Shown here: piece by piece, positions 1-7,555 of the stretch
Layout of the letters: each line of letters starts with the position of its first letter
How positions within the stretch are numbered: position 1 is the stretch's first letter
Assembly: GCA_043785185.1 (NCBI GenBank)
Contig: JAYVXL010000160.1
Location: 1-23,102 of the forward strand
DNA from: Myxococcales bacterium
GTDB taxonomy: Bacteria > Myxococcota_A > Polyangia > Polyangiales > Polyangiaceae
Direction of reading: 5' to 3'
Length of the DNA: 23,102 bases
Notes under the pieces: generated by a model
Told to the model about the DNA's origin: nothing
What the model saw: the letters and a program-made list of their open reading frames with translations, nothing else
Database searches by the model: none
Position numbers and translations under genes: made by a program

Positions 1-1680
1 TGGCGCCTCGACGGGCCGATGCGCTTTCCGACGCAGATGACCGGCGGTGAGGACGCGACGGGCATCGCCGGCGTCTCGCCCGACGGCAAGCTCCTCGCGG
101 TCTCGCGCGATCGCAAGGGCGAAGAGTACCCGGGCCTCTACCTCCAGAGCGCCGACGGCGGCGCGCTCACCGTCGTCCAGCACAAGCCGAAGGTGCAGAC
201 GGCGCTCGGGTTCTTCGCGGACGACGGCAAATCCGTCGTCTTCCTCGCCAACGATCGCAAGCCCGACGCGTACGCGATTTACACCTACGACATCGCGACG
301 AAGAAGATCGACCTCGTCTTCGACGAAGATGGCAATTGGACGATCGACGACCACCGGCCCGACGGCCGAATGCTCCTCGCGAAGCACACCGGCGGGTCGT
401 CGGAGGAGTACTACGAGCTCGAGCCGAAGACGAAGAAGCTCACGCCGCTCTTCGGTCAGGGTGAGAAGGAAGAGTTCGAGGCGCGCTACGCCCGCGAGCC
501 CGACGCCGTCCTCGTCGTCACCCGGAAGCTCGCGGACTTCGGCCGCCTCTACAAGTGGCAAGCCGGGAAATTCACGCCGATCTCGCCCGAGGTGCCGCAC
601 GACGTGCAGGGCTTCCGCGTCGACCGCGCGCGCGAGCACGTCCTCTACGAAACGAACGACGGCGGCTTCACGCGCCTCGCGGCGCTCGACGCGCGCACGT
701 ACAAACCGGCGAAGGTGCCGGCGTTCGCGGGCGCCGACCACGTGCTCGTCGCGTCCGTCACCGACGACGGCAAATACGCTGCGCTCAGCGTGGGCACGAG
801 CAAGGCGCCGCCCCAGAGCTACGTGCTCGAGTGGGCGACCGGCAAGCTCGTGCAGTGGCACGCCCCGAGCGCGCCGGAGACGGACACGACGCACTTCGCC
901 GCCGCGACGCTCGAGAGCTATCCGACCCGCGACGGCGCGAAGATCCCGATGTTCGTGCGGCGCCCCGACGGCTGCGACAAGGCCATGACGCCGTGCCCCG
1001 TCGTCGTCGCGTTCCACGGCGGGCCCGAGGGCCAAGCGCGCCCCGGCTTCAACACGCGCGCGCAGCTCTTCGTCGACGCGGGCTTCGTCTACGCCGAGCC
1101 GAACGTCCGCGGCAGCGAGGGCTACGGCAAGGCGTGGCAACACGCCGACGACGGGCCGAAGCGCCTCGCCGTCATCACCGACATCGAGGACGCGTCGAAA
1201 TTCGTGCGCACCGCGTGGGCCAAGGGCGGAGCGCCGCCGAAGGTCGGCATCTACGGCGGTAGCTACGGCGGCTACGCGACGCTGATGGGCATGACGATGT
1301 TCGCCGGCGCGTACGACGCGGGCGCGTCGATCGTCGGCATCTCGAACCTCGTCACGTTCCTCGAGAACACCGCGCCGTACCGCCGCGCCCTCCGCGCGAG
1401 CGAGTACGGCGATCTCGCGCGCGATCACGACGCGCTCGTGAAGCTCTCGCCCATCACGTACGTGGGCAAGATCAAGGCGCCGCTCATCCTGCTGCAGGGC
1501 GCGAGCGATCCGCGCGTGCCCGTCGGCGAGGCCTTGCAGCTGCACGACGCGCTCGAGGCGCGCCACGTCACGAGCCGCCTCGTCATCTTCGCCGACGAGG
1601 GGCACGGCTCGCAAAGGCGCGACAACCGCGTGCTGGAGATCGGGCACGTCCTGTCGTTCTTCCAGCAGCATCTGCGCTGA
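1..1680 (+). CDS. S9-family serine peptidase (prolyl oligopeptidase / dipeptidyl-aminopeptidase-like), probably 5'-truncated by the window edge
   Basis: The frame is open from base 1 (first ATG at 19, no upstream stop); stop TGA 1678-1680. The C-terminal alpha/beta-hydrolase has triad contexts: nucleophile elbow GGSYGGY, acid LLQGASDPRVP, His FADEGHG. The N-terminal part has beta-propeller-like SPDGK/DDGK strands. 36 of the first 40 codons from 19 end in G/C (hand count). Confidence 0.85.
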   Translation, partial: WRLDGPMRFPTQMTGGEDATGIAGVSPDGKLLAVSRDRKGEEYPGLYLQSADGGALTVVQHKPKVQTALGFFADDGKSVVFLANDRKPDAYAIYTYDIATKKIDLVFDEDGNWTIDDHRPDGRMLLAKHTGGSSEEYYELEPKTKKLTPLFGQGEKEEFEARYAREPDAVLVVTRKLADFGRLYKWQAGKFTPISPEVPHDVQGFRVDRAREHVLYETNDGGFTRLAALDARTYKPAKVPAFAGADHVLVASVTDDGKYAALSVGTSKAPPQSYVLEWATGKLVQWHAPSAPETDTTHFAAATLESYPTRDGAKIPMFVRRPDGCDKAMTPCPVVVAFHGGPEGQARPGFNTRAQLFVDAGFVYAEPNVRGSEGYGKAWQHADDGPKRLAVITDIEDASKFVRTAWAKGGAPPKVGIYGGSYGGYATLMGMTMFAGAYDAGASIVGISNLVTFLENTAPYRRALRASEYGDLARDHDALVKLSPITYVGKIKAPLILLQGASDPRVPVGEALQLHDALEARHVTSRLVIFADEGHGSQRRDNRVLEIGHVLSFFQQHLR

Positions 1681-1712
1681 TCGGGCCGGCAGACGGTGTA
1701 TTCTCCGCGCCG

Positions 1713-2519
1713 ATGAACCTCCGCGCGCTCTCCGCTCCCGCCCGCCTGCTCGCCCTGACCGCCGGCCTCGCCGTCGCGTGCGACGACCCGCCGAAGACGA
1801 AGGCCCCCGCCGCGCCGAGCGCCGCCGCCGCGACGACCGCCGCGGCGCTGCCAAGCGCGTCCGCGGCGCCGACGGCCAGCGCGCCGGCGCCGAAGAAGAA
1901 GGTCACAGATTGCCCGGCGGGCGAGCCGGTCATCGCCGACAAGTCTCTCGAGGCCGAGCTTCGCAAGAAGCTCGGGAAGGACGGCGGCACGATCTCGAAG
2001 GCCGACCTCGCGACCATCAAGTCCGTCAACCTGACGAGCGCGACGGTGAACGAGCTCGATCCGTGCGTCTTCCCGCTGCTCACCGGGATGAAGGATCTGT
2101 TCCTCGGCCAGGGCGATCTCGAGGACCTCTCGCCGCTGTCGACGCTCTCGGGCCTCATCACCCTTCGGGCGGCCATCAACAAGGTCGCCGACATCAAGGC
2201 GCTGTCTGGCATGACGAAGATGGACCGCCTCGATCTCGGGCGTACGCAGGTCATGGACCTCACGCCCGTCGCCAACATGACGGCCATCACCGAGCTGCAG
2301 CTCGACGAGACGCCGGTGAGCGATCTGTCGCCGCTGAAGGCGTGCACCAAGCTCGAGAAGCTCTCGATCAAGCAGACGCGCGTAAAGGATCTGTCGCCGC
2401 TGAAGGACATGCGCAAGCTGCGCTTCCTCTACGTCGAGGGGGCGCCGATCGAGAACGCGAACGTGCTCGAGCCGCTCGTGAGCAGCGGCTTGCGTATCGT
2501 GCGCAAGGGCAATCGCTGA
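1713..2519 (+). CDS. Leucine-rich-repeat (internalin-like LRR) lipoprotein
   Basis: ATG 1713, TGA 2517-2519. The signal peptide ends LTAGLAVAC (lipobox-like Cys) and is followed by an Ala/Pro-rich linker. After that come consecutive ~22-residue LRRs, e.g. VSDLSPLKACTKLEKLSIKQTRVKDLSPLKDMRKLRFLYV. Confidence 0.8.
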   Translation: MNLRALSAPARLLALTAGLAVACDDPPKTKAPAAPSAAAATTAAALPSASAAPTASAPAPKKKVTDCPAGEPVIADKSLEAELRKKLGKDGGTISKADLATIKSVNLTSATVNELDPCVFPLLTGMKDLFLGQGDLEDLSPLSTLSGLITLRAAINKVADIKALSGMTKMDRLDLGRTQVMDLTPVANMTAITELQLDETPVSDLSPLKACTKLEKLSIKQTRVKDLSPLKDMRKLRFLYVEGAPIENANVLEPLVSSGLRIVRKGNR

Positions 2520-2585
2520 CGCGCGCGACGCGTTCGCCGCGCGCGCACGGCCGGCCTAACGCTGGCGGACGAACTTCACCGAAGC

Positions 2586-3335
2586 CTACCTCTTCCAGAG
2601 CGCGATGCCGCCGAGCAGCCCCGCGATGTTCTCCGTCACCTTCACGTTGGCGGGCAGCTTCAGCTTGAGATGCTTCGCGTTGCCGCCGCCGAGGTAGATC
2701 TGGCGCGGGTTCCAGATCGGGTTCACCTGGTCGAGCACCTGCGCGATGCGCCGGTTCCACTTCTTTTTGCCGACCTTGTCGAGCGCCTTCGCGCCGACGT
2801 AGTCCTCGTACGTCTTGCCCTTCTTGAAGGGGTGGTGCGCGAGCTCCAGGTTCGGAACGTACGTGCCGTCGACGAAGAGCGAGCAGCCGAGGCCGGTGCC
2901 GAGCGTGAGCACCATCTCGACGCCGTGGCCTTCGATGACGCCGAAGCCCTGGACGCCCGCGTCGTTGAGCACGCGCACCGGCCGGCGCGTGTGCGCGGCG
3001 AGCGCCGCGGCCAGATCGAACCCGCGCCATTTCTCGTGGAGGTTCGGCGCGGTCTTCGTCACGCCGCCGACGACGACGCCGGGGAACCCGACGCTCACGC
3101 GATCGAACGCGCCGATGGGCCCGATGAGCGCCTTCAGCGCGGTGAGCACGTTCGCCGGCGTCGCGGGGCGCGGGGTCTCCACGCGCGCGCGCTCGGTGAG
3201 CGCCTCGCCCGCGGGCCCGAGCACGAGGGCCTTGAGGCCCGTGCCTCCGATGTCGATGCACAGCGTTCGCGGTCCCTTGCCGGTCTTCGTGCGCGCGGGT
3301 GAGCGCTTGGCGCGCTTCGCTTGGGGTCGTGCCAT
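2586..3335 (-). CDS. ppgK: ROK-family polyphosphate/ATP-dependent glucokinase
   Basis: Minus strand, ATG (plus-strand cat) at 3333-3335, stop (cta) at 2586-2588, 249 aa. The 379-aa track ORF extends further upstream through Arg-rich sequence that I discount. Motifs CIDIGGTGLK, GFPGVV, VLNDAGVQG and LTLGTGLGCSLFVDG, plus a C-terminal half without the ROK zinc Cys cluster, fit the PpgK architecture as I remember it. Confidence 0.75.
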   Translation of the reverse strand: MARPQAKRAKRSPARTKTGKGPRTLCIDIGGTGLKALVLGPAGEALTERARVETPRPATPANVLTALKALIGPIGAFDRVSVGFPGVVVGGVTKTAPNLHEKWRGFDLAAALAAHTRRPVRVLNDAGVQGFGVIEGHGVEMVLTLGTGLGCSLFVDGTYVPNLELAHHPFKKGKTYEDYVGAKALDKVGKKKWNRRIAQVLDQVNPIWNPRQIYLGGGNAKHLKLKLPANVKVTENIAGLLGGIALWKR

Positions 3336-3365
3336 CGCGCGAGTGTACAGGCTATCGTTGGCCGC

Positions 3366-5243
3366 GTGCGGAGGACATGGATCGCGTGCGCGGCCGCGCT
3401 CGCCGGCGTGGTCGCGTGCGCGGCATCGGGCGGAGGCTCGAACGCGCGGCCGACGCCTGCTCCTTCCGCGAGCCCGCGCACGGCCGCGGGCGGCCGCGCG
3501 GCCGGCACCGTCGCGAGCAACATCCTGCGCGCGGACTACGCCGGTTCGGCAGCGTGCGCGGGCTGCCACGGCGAGATCGCGCGCGCCGCTCTTCGCTCGC
3601 CGATGCGCAACATGACGCGCGACGCCGCCGGCGCCGCGATCTCCGCGCCATTCGACGGCACGACGTTCCGCTTCGGAGCGGAGTCCGTCACGCTCGAGAC
3701 GCAGGCCGGGGCGCGCTGGGTGCACGTCGACACGCCGGGCGTTGCGCGTCAGAGCTACCGCGTCACGCGCGTCATCGGCGGCCGCGCGCGCGAGGACTTC
3801 GCCGGCGCCGCCCTACCGGGGGCCGAGGAGCGCGTCCTGCCGGTGTCCTGGCTCCTCGCGACCAGGACGCTCCGCTACAAGGGCTACTCCGTCATGGTGG
3901 GCGAGCGCAGCCACCTCGCGGACGGCGCGGTGTGGAGCCAGACCTGCATCTTCTGCCACAACACGAGCCCCGCGTTCGTGTCGCTCTGGGGCGCAGTCGC
4001 CGGCGGGCGGGCGGCCTACCAGGGCGGGCTCGTGGACCGCCTGCTGCCGCCGGGCCGCCGCTGGACGTACGAGGTCACCGACGACGCCGGCTTCGCGCGC
4101 GCCGTCGCCACGGAGGCCGCGAGCTTCGGCGGCGAGGTCCTCGCGCCGGCGGCCAAGCGCGCCGCCGCGCAGGGCGTCGTCGCGTCGCGCGCGCGCTTTC
4201 GCGGCGAGCACCTCGTGGAGGTCGGCATCGGCTGCGAGGCGTGCCACGGCGGCAGCCGCGCGCACGCCGCGAACCCTCGCGTCCTCCCCACGTTCCTGCC
4301 CACGAGCCCGCTCGTGCGCGTGCGCGAGGAGACGACGCGCGCCGAGCAAATCTCGCACGCGTGCGCGCGCTGCCATCAGGTCCTCTTCTCGCGCTACCCG
4401 TGGACGTGGGAGGGCGGCCGCCGCGACGGCGCGCGCCCCGGGGGCAGCAACATCAACTCCGGCGAGGCGCGCGATCTGCTCCTCGGAGGCTGCGCGAAGG
4501 GCCTCTCGTGCGCGGCCTGCCACGATCCGCACTCGAAGGACGGCCACGCGCGCGAGCGCGCCGTGCAAGCGCCGAGCGGCAACGGCGTCTGCACCGGCTG
4601 CCACGCCAAGTACGCCGCCAAAGACGCCCTCGCAGGCCACGCGCACCACGCCCCCGACGGCCCCGCCGGCGCGTGCGTCGCCTGCCACATGCCGCGCAAG
4701 AACATGAGCCTCACGTCGGGCCTCACGCGCTACCACCGCATCGGCTCGCCGACCGATCCGATGCGCGTCATGCTCGATCGGCCGCTCGAGTGCGCGCTCT
4801 GCCACGCGGACAAGACCGTCGAACAAGTCGTCTCCGACATGGAGCGCCTGTGGGGCAAGCACTACGAGCGCGAGACGCTGCGTGCGCTCTACGGCGGGCT
4901 CGGCGAGAACGTGCTCCTCGCGACGGCCGCGCGGGGCAAGCCTCACGAGCAGGCGGTCGCGCTCGCCGTCCTCGGCGCCGCGCGGAGGCAAGACGCCGCG
5001 CCGCTCGCGTTCGCGGCGCTGTCGCACCCGCTCCCCCTGGTGCGCGAGTACGCCAAGACCGCGCTCGAGTCGATCGTCGATCGATCGTGCCCGATCGACG
5101 TCCACGAGACCGCCGACCGCGTGCGCGCGCGCGCCGGCCAATGCGTGGAAGGTACAAAGATCGTTCCGCTTCTTCCGGCCTCGGGCCTGGGCGCCGACGG
5201 CCCCGCACGCGCCTTCGACGAGCCCGACGACGGCGAGGACTGA
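3366..5243 (+). CDS. Octaheme c-type cytochrome lipoprotein with C-terminal HEAT-like repeats
   Basis: Eight CXXCH motifs: CAGCH, CIFCH, CEACH, CARCH, CAACH, CTGCH, CVACH, CALCH. I prefer GTG 3366 as the start because it gives MRRTWIACAAALAGVVAC, a clean lipoprotein signal. The track start (TTG 3321) would overlap the divergent ppgK start. The C-terminal ~120 aa look HEAT-like (AVALAVLGAARRQDAAPL..., PLVREYAKTALESI). Stop TGA 5241-5243. Confidence 0.8.
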   Translation: MRRTWIACAAALAGVVACAASGGGSNARPTPAPSASPRTAAGGRAAGTVASNILRADYAGSAACAGCHGEIARAALRSPMRNMTRDAAGAAISAPFDGTTFRFGAESVTLETQAGARWVHVDTPGVARQSYRVTRVIGGRAREDFAGAALPGAEERVLPVSWLLATRTLRYKGYSVMVGERSHLADGAVWSQTCIFCHNTSPAFVSLWGAVAGGRAAYQGGLVDRLLPPGRRWTYEVTDDAGFARAVATEAASFGGEVLAPAAKRAAAQGVVASRARFRGEHLVEVGIGCEACHGGSRAHAANPRVLPTFLPTSPLVRVREETTRAEQISHACARCHQVLFSRYPWTWEGGRRDGARPGGSNINSGEARDLLLGGCAKGLSCAACHDPHSKDGHARERAVQAPSGNGVCTGCHAKYAAKDALAGHAHHAPDGPAGACVACHMPRKNMSLTSGLTRYHRIGSPTDPMRVMLDRPLECALCHADKTVEQVVSDMERLWGKHYERETLRALYGGLGENVLLATAARGKPHEQAVALAVLGAARRQDAAPLAFAALSHPLPLVREYAKTALESIVDRSCPIDVHETADRVRARAGQCVEGTKIVPLLPASGLGADGPARAFDEPDDGED

Positions 5244-5246
5244 ACG

Positions 5247-6521
5247 GTGATACCGTCGATTCCCGCCATGTCGATGAGGTTCCTCTACGGCGACTCCAGC
5301 CCGTTCCCGCTGCAGTACAACTTCCTGCAGACGCTCGAGGTGTTCATGGCGGCGGCTACCCGCGTCGTGGAGCTCGACGCGCTCTCCCGGCGCGCGCAGG
5401 CGCAGATCGGAGAGACATCGGCCGCGCGGGCGAAGAACGTCGAAGCGCTCGACCGCTTCCACCAGGCGGTCATGCGCGCCCTGCTGGACACGTCGGCGCG
5501 CGCGAACGAGGGGCTCACCGTCGACTACGCGCAGCAGCTGTCGGACTACGCGCACCGCATCGTCGAGGGCGCGCGCGCGCAGGCGCTCGCGGCGACCGAG
5601 CGCGAGGTCGCGCAGGCCCAGGCCGAGTCCGAGCGGCGTCGCTCGGAGATACGCGCGGCGATGGAGGCCTTCTTCAAGGCCGCCCGCCTCCCGGTGCTCG
5701 GGGCGACGATCGCGATGCGCCTGCCCGTCGCGAAGGAGCCGTCGCACGAGATGAGCGCGGTGATCTCGACGTCCGACGGCGTCGTCGTCGGCTACACGCT
5801 CTCGGCCGAGCAGATGCCCGAATGGCGCCAGCCGCGAAAAGTCAGCGAGTTCGCGCAGGGCATCAACCTCATGATCGGCGCGAAGAAGAGCTGGTTCAAG
5901 AAGACGGTGCAGCCCGAGGTCATCGCCCTCGACGAGTTCATCCTCTCCGGCTTCGAGCTCTCCGACGACGCCGCGTTCATCCGCCTGCGCAAGAAGCCCG
6001 AGCTCCCCGACAGCTACGTGTTCACGATCCGTCGTGTGGACACGCACCTGCAGGCCGAGGTGCAGTACGTCGACGATCCCGACGCGCAAGGCCAGATGCC
6101 CACCGCCGTCGACGCCGGCGATCGCGTCCACCTCGAGCGCCTCTGGACGATCCTGCGCAAGGCCGTCACGCCGGCCATCGAGCACCGCACGCGCGTCGTC
6201 TCGATCCACCTGGACGGCGAGGAGATCTTCGCGGCCGACAAGGTCCTGCACCTCGTCGGGCGCCTCATTCGGCTCATGGCGCCGACGGTCACCGAGATCG
6301 CGCGCCGCAGCCCGAACCAGCAGGAGCTGTCGCTCAAGATCGAGCACGACGGCGGCCGTCGCGAGGAGATCTACGTGAAGAAGGCCGACCTCGTCGCGAA
6401 GCTGATCCCGCTGGCGCCGCCGGAGGTCGCGATCTTCTCGACGCTGCCGCTCGGGCAGCCGGACCCGACGAGCCCGATCAACCCGGTGCCGACGCTCCCC
6501 ATCCTCCCGCACGACGACTGA
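5247..6521 (+). CDS. Hypothetical protein, no signal peptide, no domain recognised
   Basis: 424-aa ORF with normal amino-acid composition and G/C third positions. GTG 5247 lies 3 nt after the cytochrome stop and 7 nt after a GAGGA Shine-Dalgarno-like motif. In-frame ATGs at 5268/5274 are alternative starts. An Ala/Glu/Arg-rich helical segment lies near residues 90-130. Confidence 0.7.
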   Translation: MIPSIPAMSMRFLYGDSSPFPLQYNFLQTLEVFMAAATRVVELDALSRRAQAQIGETSAARAKNVEALDRFHQAVMRALLDTSARANEGLTVDYAQQLSDYAHRIVEGARAQALAATEREVAQAQAESERRRSEIRAAMEAFFKAARLPVLGATIAMRLPVAKEPSHEMSAVISTSDGVVVGYTLSAEQMPEWRQPRKVSEFAQGINLMIGAKKSWFKKTVQPEVIALDEFILSGFELSDDAAFIRLRKKPELPDSYVFTIRRVDTHLQAEVQYVDDPDAQGQMPTAVDAGDRVHLERLWTILRKAVTPAIEHRTRVVSIHLDGEEIFAADKVLHLVGRLIRLMAPTVTEIARRSPNQQELSLKIEHDGGRREEIYVKKADLVAKLIPLAPPEVAIFSTLPLGQPDPTSPINPVPTLPILPHDD

Positions 6522-6588
6522 AGCGCCGAGCGCGCGCCCTGGCCGGGCACCCGATCTGCTGGAAGGGGAGGCACGTAGACCCTTCAAG

Positions 6589-6893
6589 GTGCCTATTTCG
6601 CCGCCCGCGACGCAGAAGGACGAGACCAAGGCGGCGGCGGCTCGCTGCGCGACGTGCGACGCGGACAAGAAGGCCAAGGAAAAAAAGGAGCGCGAGCGAC
6701 GAACGCGTCGATCGCCGACGAGCGGACGGCGTTCGAAAACCAGAACACCATTCGGAGCGAGATCCTCGCCAACGGCGGGCGTGACATCGGAGACGTCAGG
6801 GTCTTCAGCGGCAGATACGAGACCCTCTACCGGAGCTACTACACCACCGAGTACGGAAACGTCTACGACCGCTACCGGCCGGGGGGAAAGTGA
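6589..6893 (+). CDS. Small hypothetical protein (about 101 aa) readable only with a -1 frame change at 6681-6687
   Basis: G/C third-position signal runs in the 6589 frame up to the A7 run (VPISPPATQKDETKAAAARCATCDADKKAKEKK). It then continues one frame back to TGA 6891-6893 (GARATNASIADERTAFENQNTIRSEILANGGRDIGDVRVFSGRYETLYRSYYTTEYGNVYDRYRPGGK). The track start GTG 6654 in the second frame gives about 12 poor codons (mostly A-ending) before the signal begins. Confidence 0.4.
6681..6715 (+). other. Candidate -1 frameshift cassette: A_AAA_AAG heptamer plus downstream stem-loop
   Basis: The heptamer a|aaa|aag at 6681-6687 is in the correct phase for the 6589 frame (codons gaa aaa aag). Four nt downstream lies the stem GCGAGCGACG (6692-6701), loop AACG, and stem CGTCGATCGC (6706-6715). 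That gives 9 Watson-Crick pairs and one G.A mismatch. Confidence 0.35.
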
Positions 6894-7243
6894 CGACCGT
6901 GAGCCAGTGGATCACCTCCCTCGTCGACCACATCGTTCGGCAGACGATGCCTCCGAAGAGCGGCGGTCTTTGGACCGCGCTCGGCACGCCGCTCGTTCGC
7001 ACGGAGACGAGCGGCCCGATGGAGTACTTCCACGGCGATCTCGACGGCGGTCCGTTCGCCCGTGCCGAGCTGCGGGTGAACCGCGCCACCGGCCTCGCGG
7101 AACCATCCGCTCTCGGGCTCGAGCAACCCTCCTCCCTGGGTCCCGGCGGCGGCCTCTCGTTTCGCGCCGCCGTCAGGCTGGCTCGATCGCAGCGTCATCG
7201 CGTACGTGGGCGAGCCACGTCGGGCCGCTCGAGCAGACGATGA
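6890..7243 (+). CDS. Small hypothetical protein (117 aa as written; 3' third doubtful)
   Basis: GTG 6890 overlaps the previous stop as GTGA and is preceded by GGGGGGAAAG. The first ~95 codons look real (MTTVSQWITSLVDHIVRQTMPPKSGGLWTALGTPLVRTETSGPMEYFHGDLDGGPFARAELRVNRATGL...). The last ~20 codons are Arg-rich with poor third positions. Confidence 0.45.
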   Translation: MTTVSQWITSLVDHIVRQTMPPKSGGLWTALGTPLVRTETSGPMEYFHGDLDGGPFARAELRVNRATGLAEPSALGLEQPSSLGPGGGLSFRAAVRLARSQRHRVRGRATSGRSSRR

Positions 7244-7497
7244 CGCTGGCGCTGTCGATGCACGAGGGCGAAGCGTTCCTGACCACCGTGACGACGACCG
7301 CGGCCCGCGAGGACGCGCGCGACGCGGAAGCCTCCTTCGCCGGAATGATCGCGTCGATGCGGTTTACCGAGCCGCCCCCGCAGGAGGCCGTGCGCGTGTC
7401 TACGGTGGTCCCGGCCCCCACCGCGATCGACGCGCGCGCGCTCCTTTTCTTCCCGATGCCCGGCGTCGGCCGCGGCGGCCGCCCGCGCGGTCTCTAA
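7240..7497 (+). CDS. Small hypothetical protein (85 aa)
   Basis: ATG 7240 overlaps the previous stop as ATGA; stop TAA 7495-7497. There is good G/C third-position signal through MTLALSMHEGEAFLTTVTTTAAREDARDAEASFAGMIASMRFTEPPPQEAVRV. No Shine-Dalgarno motif was seen. Confidence 0.4.
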   Translation: MTLALSMHEGEAFLTTVTTTAAREDARDAEASFAGMIASMRFTEPPPQEAVRVSTVVPAPTAIDARALLFFPMPGVGRGGRPRGL

Positions 7498-7555
7498 GCC
7501 CCGACCTTCTCGCCCAGCCTCGGGTTCGTCTTGAAGGGCGGAGCCAACGATGGCC

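Noticed and set aside
2520-2546. Alternating-GC hairpin between the convergent LRR and ppgK genes, as a bidirectional terminator
   Set aside because: The stem is self-complementary (CG)n-type sequence with ambiguous register and no U-tract on either strand. It may still pause or terminate transcription, but the sequence alone does not support a call.
3299-6784. Very long track ORFs: 3299-6784 (+, 1161 aa), 3813-6677 (-, 954 aa), 11837-13978 (-, 713 aa), 17112-18509 (+, 465 aa), 7195-8097 and 7494-8576 (-)
   Set aside because: Their translations are Arg/Ala/Gly/Pro-rich low complexity. They run out of frame with, or antisense to, ORFs that have clear motifs and G/C third positions. These are the typical shadow ORFs of high-GC DNA, where stop codons are rare.
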